Assembly (NCBI GenBank): GCA_031556715.1
Contig: JAVBSR010000089.1
Coordinates: forward strand, 1 to 62,302
DNA length: 62,302 nucleotides
Origin: Cellulomonas sp.
GTDB lineage: Bacteria; Actinomycetota; Actinomycetes; Actinomycetales; Cellulomonadaceae
Direction: 5' to 3'
Shown in pieces: positions 49,053 through 59,132 of the stretch. The translations under genes were made by a program, and so were the position numbers. The notes under the pieces are model-generated. The model did no database searches, was not told where the DNA came from, and saw nothing but the letters and a program-made list of their open reading frames with translations. The stretch's first letter is position 1. Each line of letters starts with the position of its first letter.

Positions 49053-50090
49053 ATGAGCCAGCCGGTACCGAACGGATACGCGCCGGTGCCCCCCGGGTAC
49101 GGGCCGAACCGGGGGCAGCCGGACCCGGCTGCAGCCTTCCTCGCGGGCCGCCGCCGCCGGATGGTCGCCGGGTTGCTCGTCGTGTTGGCAGGCCTCGTCC
49201 CGATCATGCTGAGCATGCTCCCGCTCGCTGCGAGGCTGTCGACCGACGGTGCTGGCTGGGCGGTCTGGACGACCCTCGTGGCCTGCGGTGTCCTGCTGCT
49301 GGCGGCGGTCCTGCTGGCGCAGATGAACAACCCGCAGGTGCTGCGAGAGCCGGGCGCCACCCGGTATGCGCGCTGGACCACGTGGGTGGGTGTGTCGGCC
49401 GGTGCGGTCGGGGTGGCGTCGAGCATCGTCGTGCTGTGGGTCGGTCGTTCCGACGGATGGCAGGCACAGTGGCGGGACCGGCCCTCCGGAGGTCTGGCCT
49501 GGTGGTCGGTGACGGTCGCGCCGGGGCTCCTCCTCGTCGGCACCGTGCTGGTGGCCTTGCTGGGCCGGGCCACGCTGCGCGGGCTGCGTGCAGTCCCGGG
49601 GGGTGTCATCGCCGCTCGGGCGACCGAACAGGACCTGGCCATCCTGCGCAAGGCGTTCGATCCGCGCTGGCGTCGCCAGAAGCGGCTCTCGGCCGTCCTG
49701 GTGACGACGCTCGTGGGGGCGGCGGGCGTCGGGGCGCTGGTGGCGACGGTCGCCGGGGGCCAGCACCTCGCCGTGGTCGGGTTGTCGCTGCTGGTCGTGG
49801 CCGGAGGCTGTGCCGGGTACGCGGCGGTGGACGTCACGACGCTGCCAGCGGTGAACCGGACACGAGTCGCGGGCGTGGTGATGCTGGTCGGCATGGTCGG
49901 CGTGGCCTGGGCGATGGGATCGTGGGCGGTCGACCTGGTGCTGCCGGTGCTCTGCATCATTCTCGTCGTCGGCACCATCGACGCGGCGGCCTGGGCGGTG
50001 CGTCGCGCCCGGCGAGGCGTCCTGGGGTCGCAGACCGCCGCCTGGGTGGCCGCCCAGGACGCAGCCCGAGCCGGTAGCCTGCAGCGGTGA
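49053..50090 (+). CDS. Hypothetical multi-TM membrane protein, paralog of 18332-19471
   Basis: GAGGAG RBS; multi-TM; GTGA overlap with tmk. Confidence 0.72.
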   Translation: MSQPVPNGYAPVPPGYGPNRGQPDPAAAFLAGRRRRMVAGLLVVLAGLVPIMLSMLPLAARLSTDGAGWAVWTTLVACGVLLLAAVLLAQMNNPQVLREPGATRYARWTTWVGVSAGAVGVASSIVVLWVGRSDGWQAQWRDRPSGGLAWWSVTVAPGLLLVGTVLVALLGRATLRGLRAVPGGVIAARATEQDLAILRKAFDPRWRRQKRLSAVLVTTLVGAAGVGALVATVAGGQHLAVVGLSLLVVAGGCAGYAAVDVTTLPAVNRTRVAGVVMLVGMVGVAWAMGSWAVDLVLPVLCIILVVGTIDAAAWAVRRARRGVLGSQTAAWVAAQDAARAGSLQR

Positions 50091-50719
50091 CTCGTGGGTT
50101 GTTCGTCTCGTTCGAGGGCGGTGACGGGGCGGGCAAGTCCACCCAGGTGGGCGCCCTGGTGGCGTGGCTGACCGGGCAGGGGCGTACGGTCGTGCGGACC
50201 TTCGAACCGGGGGACACCGCGCTGGGCGCGGTGCTGCGCCAGGCGGTGCAGCACGGCGAGGACGTCGACCTGCGCACCGAGGCGCTGCTGTACGCCGCCG
50301 ACCGGGCGCACCACGTCGCGACCGTCGTGCGGCCGGCGCTGGAGCGGGGGCACGACGTGGTGACCGACCGGTACCTGGACTCCTCTGTCGCCTACCAGGG
50401 CGCCGGCCGGGGTCTGGGGACCGAGGTGGTGGAGCGGCTGTCCCTGTGGGCGACCGACGGCCTGCTGCCCGACCTGACGGTGCTGCTGGACCTGGACCCG
50501 GCGGTGGGGCTGGGTCGGCTGACCGGGGCTCCGGACCGGATGGAACGCGCCGGCACGAGGTTCCACCGTCAGGTCCGGGAGGCGTTCGCGGCGCGGGCCT
50601 CCGCCGAGCCCGGCCGTTTCTGCGTGCTCGACGCCACCAGGCCGCCCGAGGAGATTGCCGCGGCGGTGCGTCGTCGCGTCCAGGCCTGTGCCCCGGATCT
50701 GATCAGCGACCTTGGGTAG
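50087..50719 (+). CDS. tmk: Thymidylate kinase
   Basis: FEGGDGAGKSTQ, EALLYAADRAHH, DRYLDSSVAYQG. Confidence 0.96.
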   Translation: MTRGLFVSFEGGDGAGKSTQVGALVAWLTGQGRTVVRTFEPGDTALGAVLRQAVQHGEDVDLRTEALLYAADRAHHVATVVRPALERGHDVVTDRYLDSSVAYQGAGRGLGTEVVERLSLWATDGLLPDLTVLLDLDPAVGLGRLTGAPDRMERAGTRFHRQVREAFAARASAEPGRFCVLDATRPPEEIAAAVRRRVQACAPDLISDLG

Positions 50720-50761
50720 GCGCCTGCTGGTCGGTAAGGTTCCCAGCAGGGAGGAGTCGGT

Positions 50762-51898
50762 TTGAGCGTCTGGGACGAGGTCGTGGGGCAGGAGCCCGCC
50801 GTCTCGGTGCTCTCCTCCGCCGCCACCGACCCCCAGGCGATGACTCACGCCTGGCTGCTGACCGGGCCGCCCGGATCGGGCCGTTCGACCGCCGCCCGGG
50901 CGTTCGCCGCGGCGTTGCAGTGCGCCGCCGGCGGCTGCGGGGTCTGCCACGACTGCACCACCGCGCTGGCGGGCACCCACGAGAACGTCACCCTGATCGC
51001 CACCGAGGGGCTGCAGCTGCGGGTAGACGACACCCGGCCGCTGGTCCAGCTGGCCGCCCGGGCTCCGGCCGGCGGCCGGTGGCGGGTCATCGTCGTGGAG
51101 GATGCTGACCGGCTCAACGACGCGTCCGGCAACGTGCTGCTCAAGGCCCTGGAAGAACCGGCCTCGCGCACCGTGTGGTTGCTGTGCGCGCCCAGCCCCG
51201 GTGACGTGCTCGTCACGGTGCGGTCACGGTGCCGCCGGGTGCACCTGCGCATCCCCCCGGCCGATGCGGTGGCGGCGCTGCTGGTCGCCCGGGACGGTGC
51301 CGAGCCGCACGCCGCCGCGGTCGCCGCCCGGGCCGCGTCCAGCCACATCGGGGTAGCCCGGCGCCTGGCCCGCGACGCGGACGCCCGGGCCCGGCGGGCC
51401 GCGGTGCTCGAGCTGGCCGGTCAGGTCCGGGGTGTCGGAGACGCGGTGCTGGCGGCGGCTGACCTGGTCGAGACGGCGCAGGCCGAGTCGGCCGCGATGA
51501 GCACGGAGCGCGACGCCGCCGAGCGGGCCGACCTGCTGCGCGCCCTGGGCGCTGACGGTGGTGGCCGGTTGCCGCCCGCGCTGCGCTCCCAGGTCACCGA
51601 CCTGGAGAAAGAGCAGAAGCGTCGGGCTACCCGGGCGCAGCGTGACGTCCTGGACCGGGCCATGACCGATCTGCTGTCGCTGTACCGGGACGTCCTGGTG
51701 GTCCAGCTCGGGGCCGGTGTCGAGCTCGTCAACGTCGGCCACGCGGGGCTCGTCGAGCGGCTGGCCGCCGAGGGGTCCGCGACCCAGACGTTGCGCCGGA
51801 TGGATATCGTCGGGCAGGCGCGCGCCCGGCTGGCAGCCAATGTCGCCCCTCTGCTCGCGGTAGAGGCGATGATGGTGGGGCTGCGGCCGCAGGGATGA
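50762..51898 (+). CDS. holB: DNA polymerase III delta-prime subunit
   Basis: HAWLLTGPPGSGRS, C4 zinc motif, LLKALEEP, RSRC. Confidence 0.95.
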   Translation: MSVWDEVVGQEPAVSVLSSAATDPQAMTHAWLLTGPPGSGRSTAARAFAAALQCAAGGCGVCHDCTTALAGTHENVTLIATEGLQLRVDDTRPLVQLAARAPAGGRWRVIVVEDADRLNDASGNVLLKALEEPASRTVWLLCAPSPGDVLVTVRSRCRRVHLRIPPADAVAALLVARDGAEPHAAAVAARAASSHIGVARRLARDADARARRAAVLELAGQVRGVGDAVLAAADLVETAQAESAAMSTERDAAERADLLRALGADGGGRLPPALRSQVTDLEKEQKRRATRAQRDVLDRAMTDLLSLYRDVLVVQLGAGVELVNVGHAGLVERLAAEGSATQTLRRMDIVGQARARLAANVAPLLAVEAMMVGLRPQG

Positions 51899-51932
51899 CG
51901 GGGACGCACGGCAGGCAGAGCACGGACAGGTC

Positions 51933-53519
51933 ATGATGAGGAGAGCTGGGATGAGGCAGATCGGGCAGCAGACCCGGCGACCGGGCGCCCGAGGTCGGGC
52001 CCACCGGGCGCGGACGGCCATGGTGCTGGTGGTGGCCGCCTCGCTGGCTTTGACGGCCTGCGGGCGGTCAGGCGACGACGAGCGGCCTTTCGACCCGAAG
52101 TCCACCGAAGCCCCGTCGCCCCAGCTGCAGCAGTACTACTCCCAGACCCTGACCTGGAAGAAGTGCAAGGACGTCCGTGGCCTCCAGTGCGCCAAGCTGA
52201 CCGTCCCGATGGACTACGCCGACCCGGACGGCGAGACGATCACGATCGCCGTCGCCCGGTCGCGGGCGGCCGACAGCATCGGTTCGGTCGTCATCAACCC
52301 CGGCGGGCCGGGAGGCTCAGGCATCGACTTCGTCAACGGTTTCACCGACCGTGCCGGGGACAAGCTCAAGGAGAACCTGGACGTCGTCGGCTTCGACCCG
52401 CGCGGCGTGCAACGCTCCGTGCCGCCCGTCACCTGCCTGTCCGATGCCGATCTTGACACGTACTTCTCGACGGACTTCGACCCGTCGACCCCGAGCGGGC
52501 TGGCCGCCGCCCAGGCTGCCGCCGACCAGTTCGGCCAGGCCTGCCTGGACAACACCGGACCGGCGCTGGCCCACGTCGACACCGTGTCCGCAGCCCGCGA
52601 CATGGACGTGCTGCGGGCCGCCCTGCACGAGACCACCCTGACCTACCTGGGCTTCTCCTACGGGACCGAGCTGGGCGCCACCTACGCCGAGCTGTTCCCG
52701 GACCGGGTCGGACGTTTCGTGCTCGACGGCGCTGTCGACCCGACCCTGAGCCCGACCGAGTCGAACATCATCCAGGCCGGCGGTTTCGAGTCGGCCCTGC
52801 GGGCCTACGCGGCGGACTGCCTCAAGGCCAAGGACTGCCCGCTGAGCGGCACGGTGAACGACGCGGTCGGCCAGGTCGGCGACGTGCTGGACGAGGCCCG
52901 GGCGCACCCGATGCGGACCAGCAGCAACCGGTCGCTCACCGGGACGCTGGCCTTCTACGGCATCGCGCTGCCCTTGTACAGCCAGTCGAACTGGTCTGCC
53001 CTCACGCTCGCGCTGCGGCAGGCGATCGACGACGGTGACGGGTCGTACCTGCTGTGGCTGTCCGACCAGTACTTCGACCGGAGCCCGGACGGGACCTACT
53101 CGACCAACAAGGAAGTGGCGTTCCGGGCGATCGGCTGCGCCGACTCGCGCGGCGACGCCGACCCGGCAGCCATGGCGGGTGAGGCCACCGAGCTGAAGGC
53201 CGCCTCCCCGACCTTCTGGCGCTACTTCGCCTACGGGGCGGTGGGCTGCGCCGACTGGCCCACACCCATGGCCGAACCACTGACGTCGTACACCGCCAAG
53301 GGTGCGGCCCCCATCGTCGTCATCGGCACGACCAACGACCCGGCGACACCGTACGCCCAGGCCCAGTCCCTCGCCGCGATGCTCGACTCCGGCATCCTCG
53401 TCACCTACAAGGGCGAGGGCCACACCGCGTACCTGACCGCCGGCGAGTGCATCCAGAACGCCGTGGACGACTACCTTGTCGACGGGAAGACGCCGAAGGA
53501 CGGCCTGACGTGCGAATGA
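51933..53519 (+). CDS. TAP-like alpha/beta hydrolase lipoprotein (peptidase S33)
   Basis: Lipobox LTAC; NPGGPGGSG, GFDPRGV, GFSYGT, DPATP, GEGHTAY. Confidence 0.92.
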   Translation: MMRRAGMRQIGQQTRRPGARGRAHRARTAMVLVVAASLALTACGRSGDDERPFDPKSTEAPSPQLQQYYSQTLTWKKCKDVRGLQCAKLTVPMDYADPDGETITIAVARSRAADSIGSVVINPGGPGGSGIDFVNGFTDRAGDKLKENLDVVGFDPRGVQRSVPPVTCLSDADLDTYFSTDFDPSTPSGLAAAQAAADQFGQACLDNTGPALAHVDTVSAARDMDVLRAALHETTLTYLGFSYGTELGATYAELFPDRVGRFVLDGAVDPTLSPTESNIIQAGGFESALRAYAADCLKAKDCPLSGTVNDAVGQVGDVLDEARAHPMRTSSNRSLTGTLAFYGIALPLYSQSNWSALTLALRQAIDDGDGSYLLWLSDQYFDRSPDGTYSTNKEVAFRAIGCADSRGDADPAAMAGEATELKAASPTFWRYFAYGAVGCADWPTPMAEPLTSYTAKGAAPIVVIGTTNDPATPYAQAQSLAAMLDSGILVTYKGEGHTAYLTAGECIQNAVDDYLVDGKTPKDGLTCE

Positions 53520-53578
53520 CTTTGGCCGCACCCAGGCCGACCCGGTAGAGTTGGTCCGCCCGCCGGTCGGCGGGTCCC

Positions 53579-53654
53579 GCCGCCTTAGCTCAGTCGGCAG
53601 AGCGTCTCACTCGTAATGAGAAGGTCGAGGGTTCGATTCCCTCAGGCGGCTCCA
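53579..53654 (+). tRNA. tRNA-Thr (anticodon CGT)
   Basis: Acceptor stem GCCGCCT/AGGCGGC, anticodon arm TCTCA-CTCGTAA-TGAGA, T-loop GGTTCGATTCC, encoded CCA. Confidence 0.97.
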
Positions 53655-53781
53655 CCCAAGGCCAGGTCCGTGACGGACCGCCTTGTACGACGGCCTCGGC
53701 CACCGCTCGCGTCTCCTCCGGCAGGTAGGCTCTGTCCAGAGGTGCGCAACTCTGTGGGCCGATGCGGCAAGTGAGGCTGGT

Positions 53782-54324
53782 ATGAGATTCCTTCGTGAGA
53801 ACACCGCTGCCCTGCTGATCGACGTGCAAGACCGGCTCCTGCCCGTGGTGGCCGGTGCTGACGACGTGGTCCGTCTCACGGCGCGCCTGATCCGGGGTCT
53901 GCAGGTCCTGGACGTCCCGGTCGTCCCGGTGCGGCAGTACCCCAAGGGCCTCGGCGACCTCGCCCAGCCGGTGCGCGAAGCCCTGGGGGAGCACACGCCC
54001 AGCGACAAACTGACGTTCAGCGCGTGGGACACCCCCCAGATCGCTGAACGGGTCCGCGCGCTGGGGAAGACGACCCTGCTGGTCTTCGGCATGGAGACCC
54101 ACGTGTGCGTGCTGCAGACCGTCGTCGACTTTGTCAACGACGGGTACGACGTCGTGGTGGCCACCGACTGCGTCAGCTCCCGCAAGCTCTCCGACCACGA
54201 GACGGCGCTGCGGCGCATCCAGGACGAGGGCGCCGTGCTGACGACGAGCGAGAGCATCCTGTTCGAGCTCTTGAGGGCCGCCGGTACAGACACCTTCAAG
54301 CAGATCTCGACGCTCATCCGATAG
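53782..54324 (+). CDS. Isochorismatase family hydrolase (YcaC-related)
   Basis: LLIDVQDRL, QYPKGLG, DKLTFS, GMETHVCVLQT. Confidence 0.9.
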   Translation: MRFLRENTAALLIDVQDRLLPVVAGADDVVRLTARLIRGLQVLDVPVVPVRQYPKGLGDLAQPVREALGEHTPSDKLTFSAWDTPQIAERVRALGKTTLLVFGMETHVCVLQTVVDFVNDGYDVVVATDCVSSRKLSDHETALRRIQDEGAVLTTSESILFELLRAAGTDTFKQISTLIR

Positions 54325-54750
54325 TCGCGACGCACCTGGCGGGCTGCGGGCGGGCTCGCTGCGCTGCCACCGGGTGCTTGGCGGGCGGGCGACCTCAGCA
54401 GCGACGACGGCACGTCGTGCTGTCGCAGGCGCGGCCGCCCGGGTGTAGATGGCGCCCGACGCCGCCCACGGGTCGGCAGTCAGGAGGCGTCGGGCGAGAG
54501 CGGGGAACCGGTGGGGAGACCCCAGCCCGGCAGGGTGGGGAGGCTGCTCGCCGTCCCCCGAAAATTGGCGATGCCCCGGCCGTTCAACCGGAGCATCGGT
54601 AGGAACTCTACTGCCGTGAGTCGTCGAGTGGAAGAGCCAGATGACTCTGGATTTCACCCACATTGGCGACTAGACTCGATAGCCCGCTGTTCGTCGGAAG
54701 GCCGCGCGCCGGTACCTGCCGGTGCGGCAGGTACCCCGTGTGGACGGCGT

Positions 54751-55557
54751 CTACAGCGGCGTGAGCTCGGGGCGCTTGCCGGTGCGGCCGTCGCCGGAGG
54801 AACGTCCGTGCAGGTGGCGGTTCACCCAGGGTGCCAGGTGGTCCCGTGCCCAGCGGGCGTTGTCGCGCATGCCGGGACGAGCTGCGGGGGGAGCGGGTGC
54901 CGACCAGTCGGGCCGCTCGGGCTCCAGGCCGAGAGCGACGAGGGCAGCGTCGGTGACGAGACGGTGACCCTCGGCCGTCAGGTGGATGCGGTCATCGGAC
55001 CACATCGACCAGTCATGCAGCGGCGTCATGCCCCACAGGTCGAGGACGTGGGCGCCGTGCCGCCGGGCGATCGACCAGACGTGCGCGTTGAACACCGCGA
55101 CCTTGGGGCGGGTGTGCCGGACCAGCGGCGTCTGCGCCGTGTCCATCCCGGTGCCGAGCAGCACCTGGCTGCCGGTGGCGCGGAGCCGGACGACCGCGGC
55201 CTCCAGGTGCCGGGCGAGCCGGTCGGGGTCGGCGTCCAGGCGCAGCAGGTCGTTGCCGCCGCCGACCAGGCTGACCAGGTCGGGTCGCAGCTCCAGCGCC
55301 GCGGGCACCTGCTCGACGACGATGGGGCGCAGCAGGCGGCCGCGGACCGCGAAGTTGGCGTAGCGCAGCGGCTCGTCCCCAGCGGCGGTGCGCCGCGCCG
55401 ACAGGGCCTGGGCCAGGCGGTCGGCCCAGCCGCGCAGCGGACGGTCCTCAGGGTCGGTGCGGACGTCGTCGCTCCGCTCGTCGTCGCAGTCCCACAAGCC
55501 CTCGGTGAACGAGTCACCCAGCGCCACGTAGGTGGTCCAGGGAATGGTCGCACTCAC
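54751..55557 (-). CDS. SGNH/GDSL hydrolase
   Basis: VALGDSFTEG, YANFAVRG, GGNDL, DRIH. GTG start inferred at 55557. Confidence 0.9.
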   Translation of the reverse strand: MSATIPWTTYVALGDSFTEGLWDCDDERSDDVRTDPEDRPLRGWADRLAQALSARRTAAGDEPLRYANFAVRGRLLRPIVVEQVPAALELRPDLVSLVGGGNDLLRLDADPDRLARHLEAAVVRLRATGSQVLLGTGMDTAQTPLVRHTRPKVAVFNAHVWSIARRHGAHVLDLWGMTPLHDWSMWSDDRIHLTAEGHRLVTDAALVALGLEPERPDWSAPAPPAARPGMRDNARWARDHLAPWVNRHLHGRSSGDGRTGKRPELTPL

Positions 55558-55567
55558 TGTCACGACA

Positions 55568-56257
55568 CTACGGCAACGTCCAGTCGATCGGCGCGGCACC
55601 CTGGTCGGCGAGCATCCGGTTGACCGAGGAGAACGGCTTCGACCCGAAGAACCCGCGCGACGCCGACAGAGGGCTCGGGTGCACCGACCGTACCGACGGC
55701 ACACCACCGTCCGCCGGGTCGCCCAGGCGCGGTGTCAACGCCTGCGCGTCTCGACCCCACAGCACGGCCACCAACGGCCCGCCCCGGGCCACCAGTGCGT
55801 CGATCGCCGCGTCGGTGACCTTCTCCCAGCCCTTGCCGCGGTGGGTCGCCGGGGTGCCGGGCCGCACGGTAAGCACCCTGTTGAGCATCATCACGCCACG
55901 GTCGGCCCACGGGCTGAGGTCACCGCACGAGGGGCGCGGCACGCCGACGTCGTCCACCAGCTCGCGGAAGATGTTCTCCAGCGACCGGGGCAGCGGCCGG
56001 ACGTCCGGCTGCACGGAGAACGACAGGCCCATGGGGTGTCCCGGGGTGGGGTACGGGTCCTGGCCGACGACGAGGACCCGCACGTCGGCCAGCGGCCGGG
56101 CGAAGGCCCGGAACACCGCGTCCCCAGCGGGCAGGTAGCCGCGGCCTTCGTCCAGCTCGGCGCGCAGGAAATCACCCATCTGGCGGATCGTCGGTTCGAC
56201 CGGGGCGAGAGCAGCCGCCCAGTCGGGCGCCATGATCTGGTCGAGAGCAGGTATCAC
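55568..56257 (-). CDS. ung: Uracil-DNA glycosylase
   Basis: GQDPYP, GLSFSV, PRSLENI, HPSPLS. Confidence 0.96.
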   Translation of the reverse strand: MIPALDQIMAPDWAAALAPVEPTIRQMGDFLRAELDEGRGYLPAGDAVFRAFARPLADVRVLVVGQDPYPTPGHPMGLSFSVQPDVRPLPRSLENIFRELVDDVGVPRPSCGDLSPWADRGVMMLNRVLTVRPGTPATHRGKGWEKVTDAAIDALVARGGPLVAVLWGRDAQALTPRLGDPADGGVPSVRSVHPSPLSASRGFFGSKPFSSVNRMLADQGAAPIDWTLP

Positions 56258-56283
56258 GCCCTGAACCTTACGTCCGGTGCGGA

Positions 56284-56363
56284 GGTCAGATCCACGCGGT
56301 CAGACCCGTGCCGGTCAGATCCGTGGGCCAGATCCGTGCGGTCAGACCCGTACGGTCAGATCC
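56284..56363. repeat. Six ~14-nt tandem copies of GGYCAGAYCC derived from the pmt stop region
   Basis: Copies at 56284, 56298, 56313, 56326, 56340 and 56354. Confidence 0.85.
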
Positions 56364-58152
56364 AGGTCCGCAACCACATCCGCGCCTGCCACTGGTCGTG
56401 CGGGATCGTCCACGCGGTCCAGACCGGGTAGAAGAAGGCCGCGACGAGGACGATCAGCCCCACGACCACACCGACGACGGCGATGGTGATCCGTCGGGTG
56501 CGTGGTGCGACCACGTCCTTCGGCCCGATCACCAGCCCGATGACGTAGGCCAGGGTCAGCACCACCCAGGGCAGGAACACGATGGCGTAGAACGTGAAGA
56601 TGGTGCGGTGGGCGTAGGCCATCCACGGCAGCCATCCGGCGGCGATCCCGGACAGGACGGCCCCGGCCCGCCAGTCGCGGAACCACACCAGCCAGACCAT
56701 CGCGACGATGATCGCCGCCGCGCCGAGCCACCAGATCAGAGGGTTGCCCAGGGACGTCACCGCCTGGGCGCAGGAGTCCGCCCCGCAGGCGGCCCGCGCG
56801 CGGGCCCCCTCGAGGTCGCTGACGTCAGACCAGTAGAACGACGTGGGCCGCAGCTGGATGATCCAGCCTGGCGGGCCTGCGGCGTACGGGTGCGACGCCT
56901 CCAGCGTGTTGTGGAACTGCCAGGAATCGACGTGCCACGCCCACCACGAGCGCAGCGCAGGCGGCATCCAGGTCTCGCCGTCGCCAGGGTGCTGTGCGGC
57001 CCAGGTGCGGTAGTCGGCGTGGTCCGAGAGGAACCAGGAGGTCCAGGTGGCCAGGTAGGTCGCCGCGGTGATGGCGACCATGGCGACCGCGGCGACGATC
57101 CCGTCGAGCAGCAGCCCGCCGAGGAACCACCGGCGCACCCCGACCCGGTAGCGGGCGGTGACGTCCCAGGCCACCGACATCAGCCCGAAGACAGCCAGGA
57201 AGTAGATCCCGGACCACTTGACCCCGCAGGCCAGGCCGAGCAGCAGCGCCGCCGCCAGGCGCCACCACCGCACCCCCAGCCGCGGGCCGAGGTCGGGCAT
57301 CGGGGCGCCAGCCTCCACCACGGCCGCGACCCGCTGGGCCAGGCGTCGTCGGGCCTGGTCACGATCCACCAGCAGCAGGCCGAACGCGCCCAGCACGAAC
57401 ACCATGAGGAACGGGTCGAGCAGCGAGGTGCGGGACAGGACGATGCCCATCCCGTCCACCGCCATGAACAGCCCGGCCAAGGTGCCCAGGGCGGTCGAGG
57501 CGAACAGCCGACGTCCGATCCGGGCGACCATGAGGATCGCCAGCGTGCCGACCACCGCGACGGCCAGCCGCCAGGCGAACGAGCTGTCGACACCGCCGCC
57601 GAGACGGATCCCCGCCCCGATCAGCCACTTGCCGAGCGGCGGGTGGACGACCCGCTCCGACCCGTCGGTGGACAGCATCGAGACGTCGCCCGTCTCGAAC
57701 CGGGGGTTCGGGTCCGGACCCCAGTCGGCCTCGAACCCGCGGGCGATCATCGAGTAGCCCTCTTTGACGTAGTACGTCTCGTCGAAGACCAGCTCGTGCG
57801 GCTCGCCCAGGCGCACGAAGCGCAGCACACCGCCCAGCAGCGTCACCGCCAGCGGCCAGACCCAGCCCATCACTCGTTGCCGCCGCGTCAGCTCCATCAG
57901 CAGCAGCGACGTGCCGAGCAGGCGTCGGGTGAGGCGGGACACGACCGGCTCGTCGGGGTCCTCACCCGGCATCGGCTCGGGCGTCCTCGACGGCCGGCCG
58001 TCGCCCGAGGTCGGCGGGTCCGGCGGCGGGCTGAACGGGTCGGGGTCCTCGGGCGAGGCGGTGCCGTCCGGCACCGAGGTGCTCACCGACGGGCCCGGCG
58101 CGGCGGGTTCGCGCGGTGTCTCGGACGACGGGTCGACTGGCTCCTCGGGCAC
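56356..58152 (-). CDS. pmt: Protein O-mannosyltransferase (dolichyl/polyprenyl-phosphate-mannose dependent)
   Basis: FDETYY, VHPPLGKW, SRTSLLD, KWSG, HPY, GNP. Confidence 0.93.
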   Translation of the reverse strand: MPEEPVDPSSETPREPAAPGPSVSTSVPDGTASPEDPDPFSPPPDPPTSGDGRPSRTPEPMPGEDPDEPVVSRLTRRLLGTSLLLMELTRRQRVMGWVWPLAVTLLGGVLRFVRLGEPHELVFDETYYVKEGYSMIARGFEADWGPDPNPRFETGDVSMLSTDGSERVVHPPLGKWLIGAGIRLGGGVDSSFAWRLAVAVVGTLAILMVARIGRRLFASTALGTLAGLFMAVDGMGIVLSRTSLLDPFLMVFVLGAFGLLLVDRDQARRRLAQRVAAVVEAGAPMPDLGPRLGVRWWRLAAALLLGLACGVKWSGIYFLAVFGLMSVAWDVTARYRVGVRRWFLGGLLLDGIVAAVAMVAITAATYLATWTSWFLSDHADYRTWAAQHPGDGETWMPPALRSWWAWHVDSWQFHNTLEASHPYAAGPPGWIIQLRPTSFYWSDVSDLEGARARAACGADSCAQAVTSLGNPLIWWLGAAAIIVAMVWLVWFRDWRAGAVLSGIAAGWLPWMAYAHRTIFTFYAIVFLPWVVLTLAYVIGLVIGPKDVVAPRTRRITIAVVGVVVGLIVLVAAFFYPVWTAWTIPHDQWQARMWLRTWI

Positions 58153-58274
58153 CTGGTCATGGTAGTGGTCTGTCGCTACTGCAACGCTGGGCGGCCCCAG
58201 CGCGGTGGGGACGCCCGCGGCAGGAGGCGGGCCGAAGCCCCGGGCCGGGGCCTCCAGGTGGCAGGCTGGGGCGC

Positions 58275-59126
58275 ATGGACCCCGGAACGCTGGTGCTGGC
58301 CGCGACCCCGATCGGCAACACCGACGACGCTTCTGCCCGGCTGCGGCACCTGCTGGCCGAGGCTGACGTGGTCGCCGCCGAGGACACCCGCCGGGTCCAG
58401 GGGTTGGCTGCCCGGTTGGGAGTCAGGATCGGCGGCCGGGTGGTCGCCGTCCACGACCACAACGAGGCCGCGCGGGCTGACGACCTGCTCGACGTCGTCG
58501 CCGGTGGGGGGACGGTCGTCGTCGTCACCGACGCCGGGATGCCGGCGGTGTCCGACCCCGGCTACCGGTTGGTGACCGCCGCTGTGGGCCTAGGACTGCC
58601 GGTGACGGTGGCGCCGGGCCCGTCGGCGGTGCTGGCCGCGCTGGCCGTGTCGGGGCTGCCCACCGACCGGTTCTGCTTCGAAGGCTTCCTGCCACGCAAG
58701 GCCGGGGAGCGAGCCCGGGCGCTGGCCGCGCTGGCTGGCGAACCACGCACCGTCGTGGTGTTCGAGGCCCCGCACCGGCTGGCGGTGCTGCTGGCCGCCA
58801 TGGTCGAGGCCTTCGGTGCCGACCGGCCTGCTGCGGTGTGCCGCGAGCTGACCAAGACCCACGAGGAGGTCCGCCGCGGGCCGCTGTCCGCGCTGGCGGC
58901 CTGGGCGGAGGTCGGTCCGGTCCGGGGTGAGATCGTCGTGGTGGTCGGTGGTGCCCAACCCCGGGTCGGGGTGGTCGACGACGCCCTGGTCGCCGACGTC
59001 CTGGCCGACCTGGACGCCGGTGCCCGTCTCAAAGATGCCGTGGCCCAGGCGGCAGCCCGCACCGGTGTCCCGCGGCGCGAGCTCTACGACGCCGTCGTCG
59101 CCCGCCGCGGCGCCGCCGAGCAGTAG
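58275..59126 (+). CDS. rsmI: 16S rRNA C1402 2'-O-methyltransferase
   Basis: ATPIGN, AEDTR, DAGMPAVSDPG, FEGFLPRK, RELTKTHEE. Confidence 0.95.
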   Translation: MDPGTLVLAATPIGNTDDASARLRHLLAEADVVAAEDTRRVQGLAARLGVRIGGRVVAVHDHNEAARADDLLDVVAGGGTVVVVTDAGMPAVSDPGYRLVTAAVGLGLPVTVAPGPSAVLAALAVSGLPTDRFCFEGFLPRKAGERARALAALAGEPRTVVVFEAPHRLAVLLAAMVEAFGADRPAAVCRELTKTHEEVRRGPLSALAAWAEVGPVRGEIVVVVGGAQPRVGVVDDALVADVLADLDAGARLKDAVAQAAARTGVPRRELYDAVVARRGAAEQ

Positions 59127-59132
59127 CCCGTC

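Noticed and set aside
53579-53654. tRNA-Thr as the integration site of the island
   Set aside because: No integrase and no duplicated tRNA 3' end seen; tmk and holB lie between the tRNA and the island.
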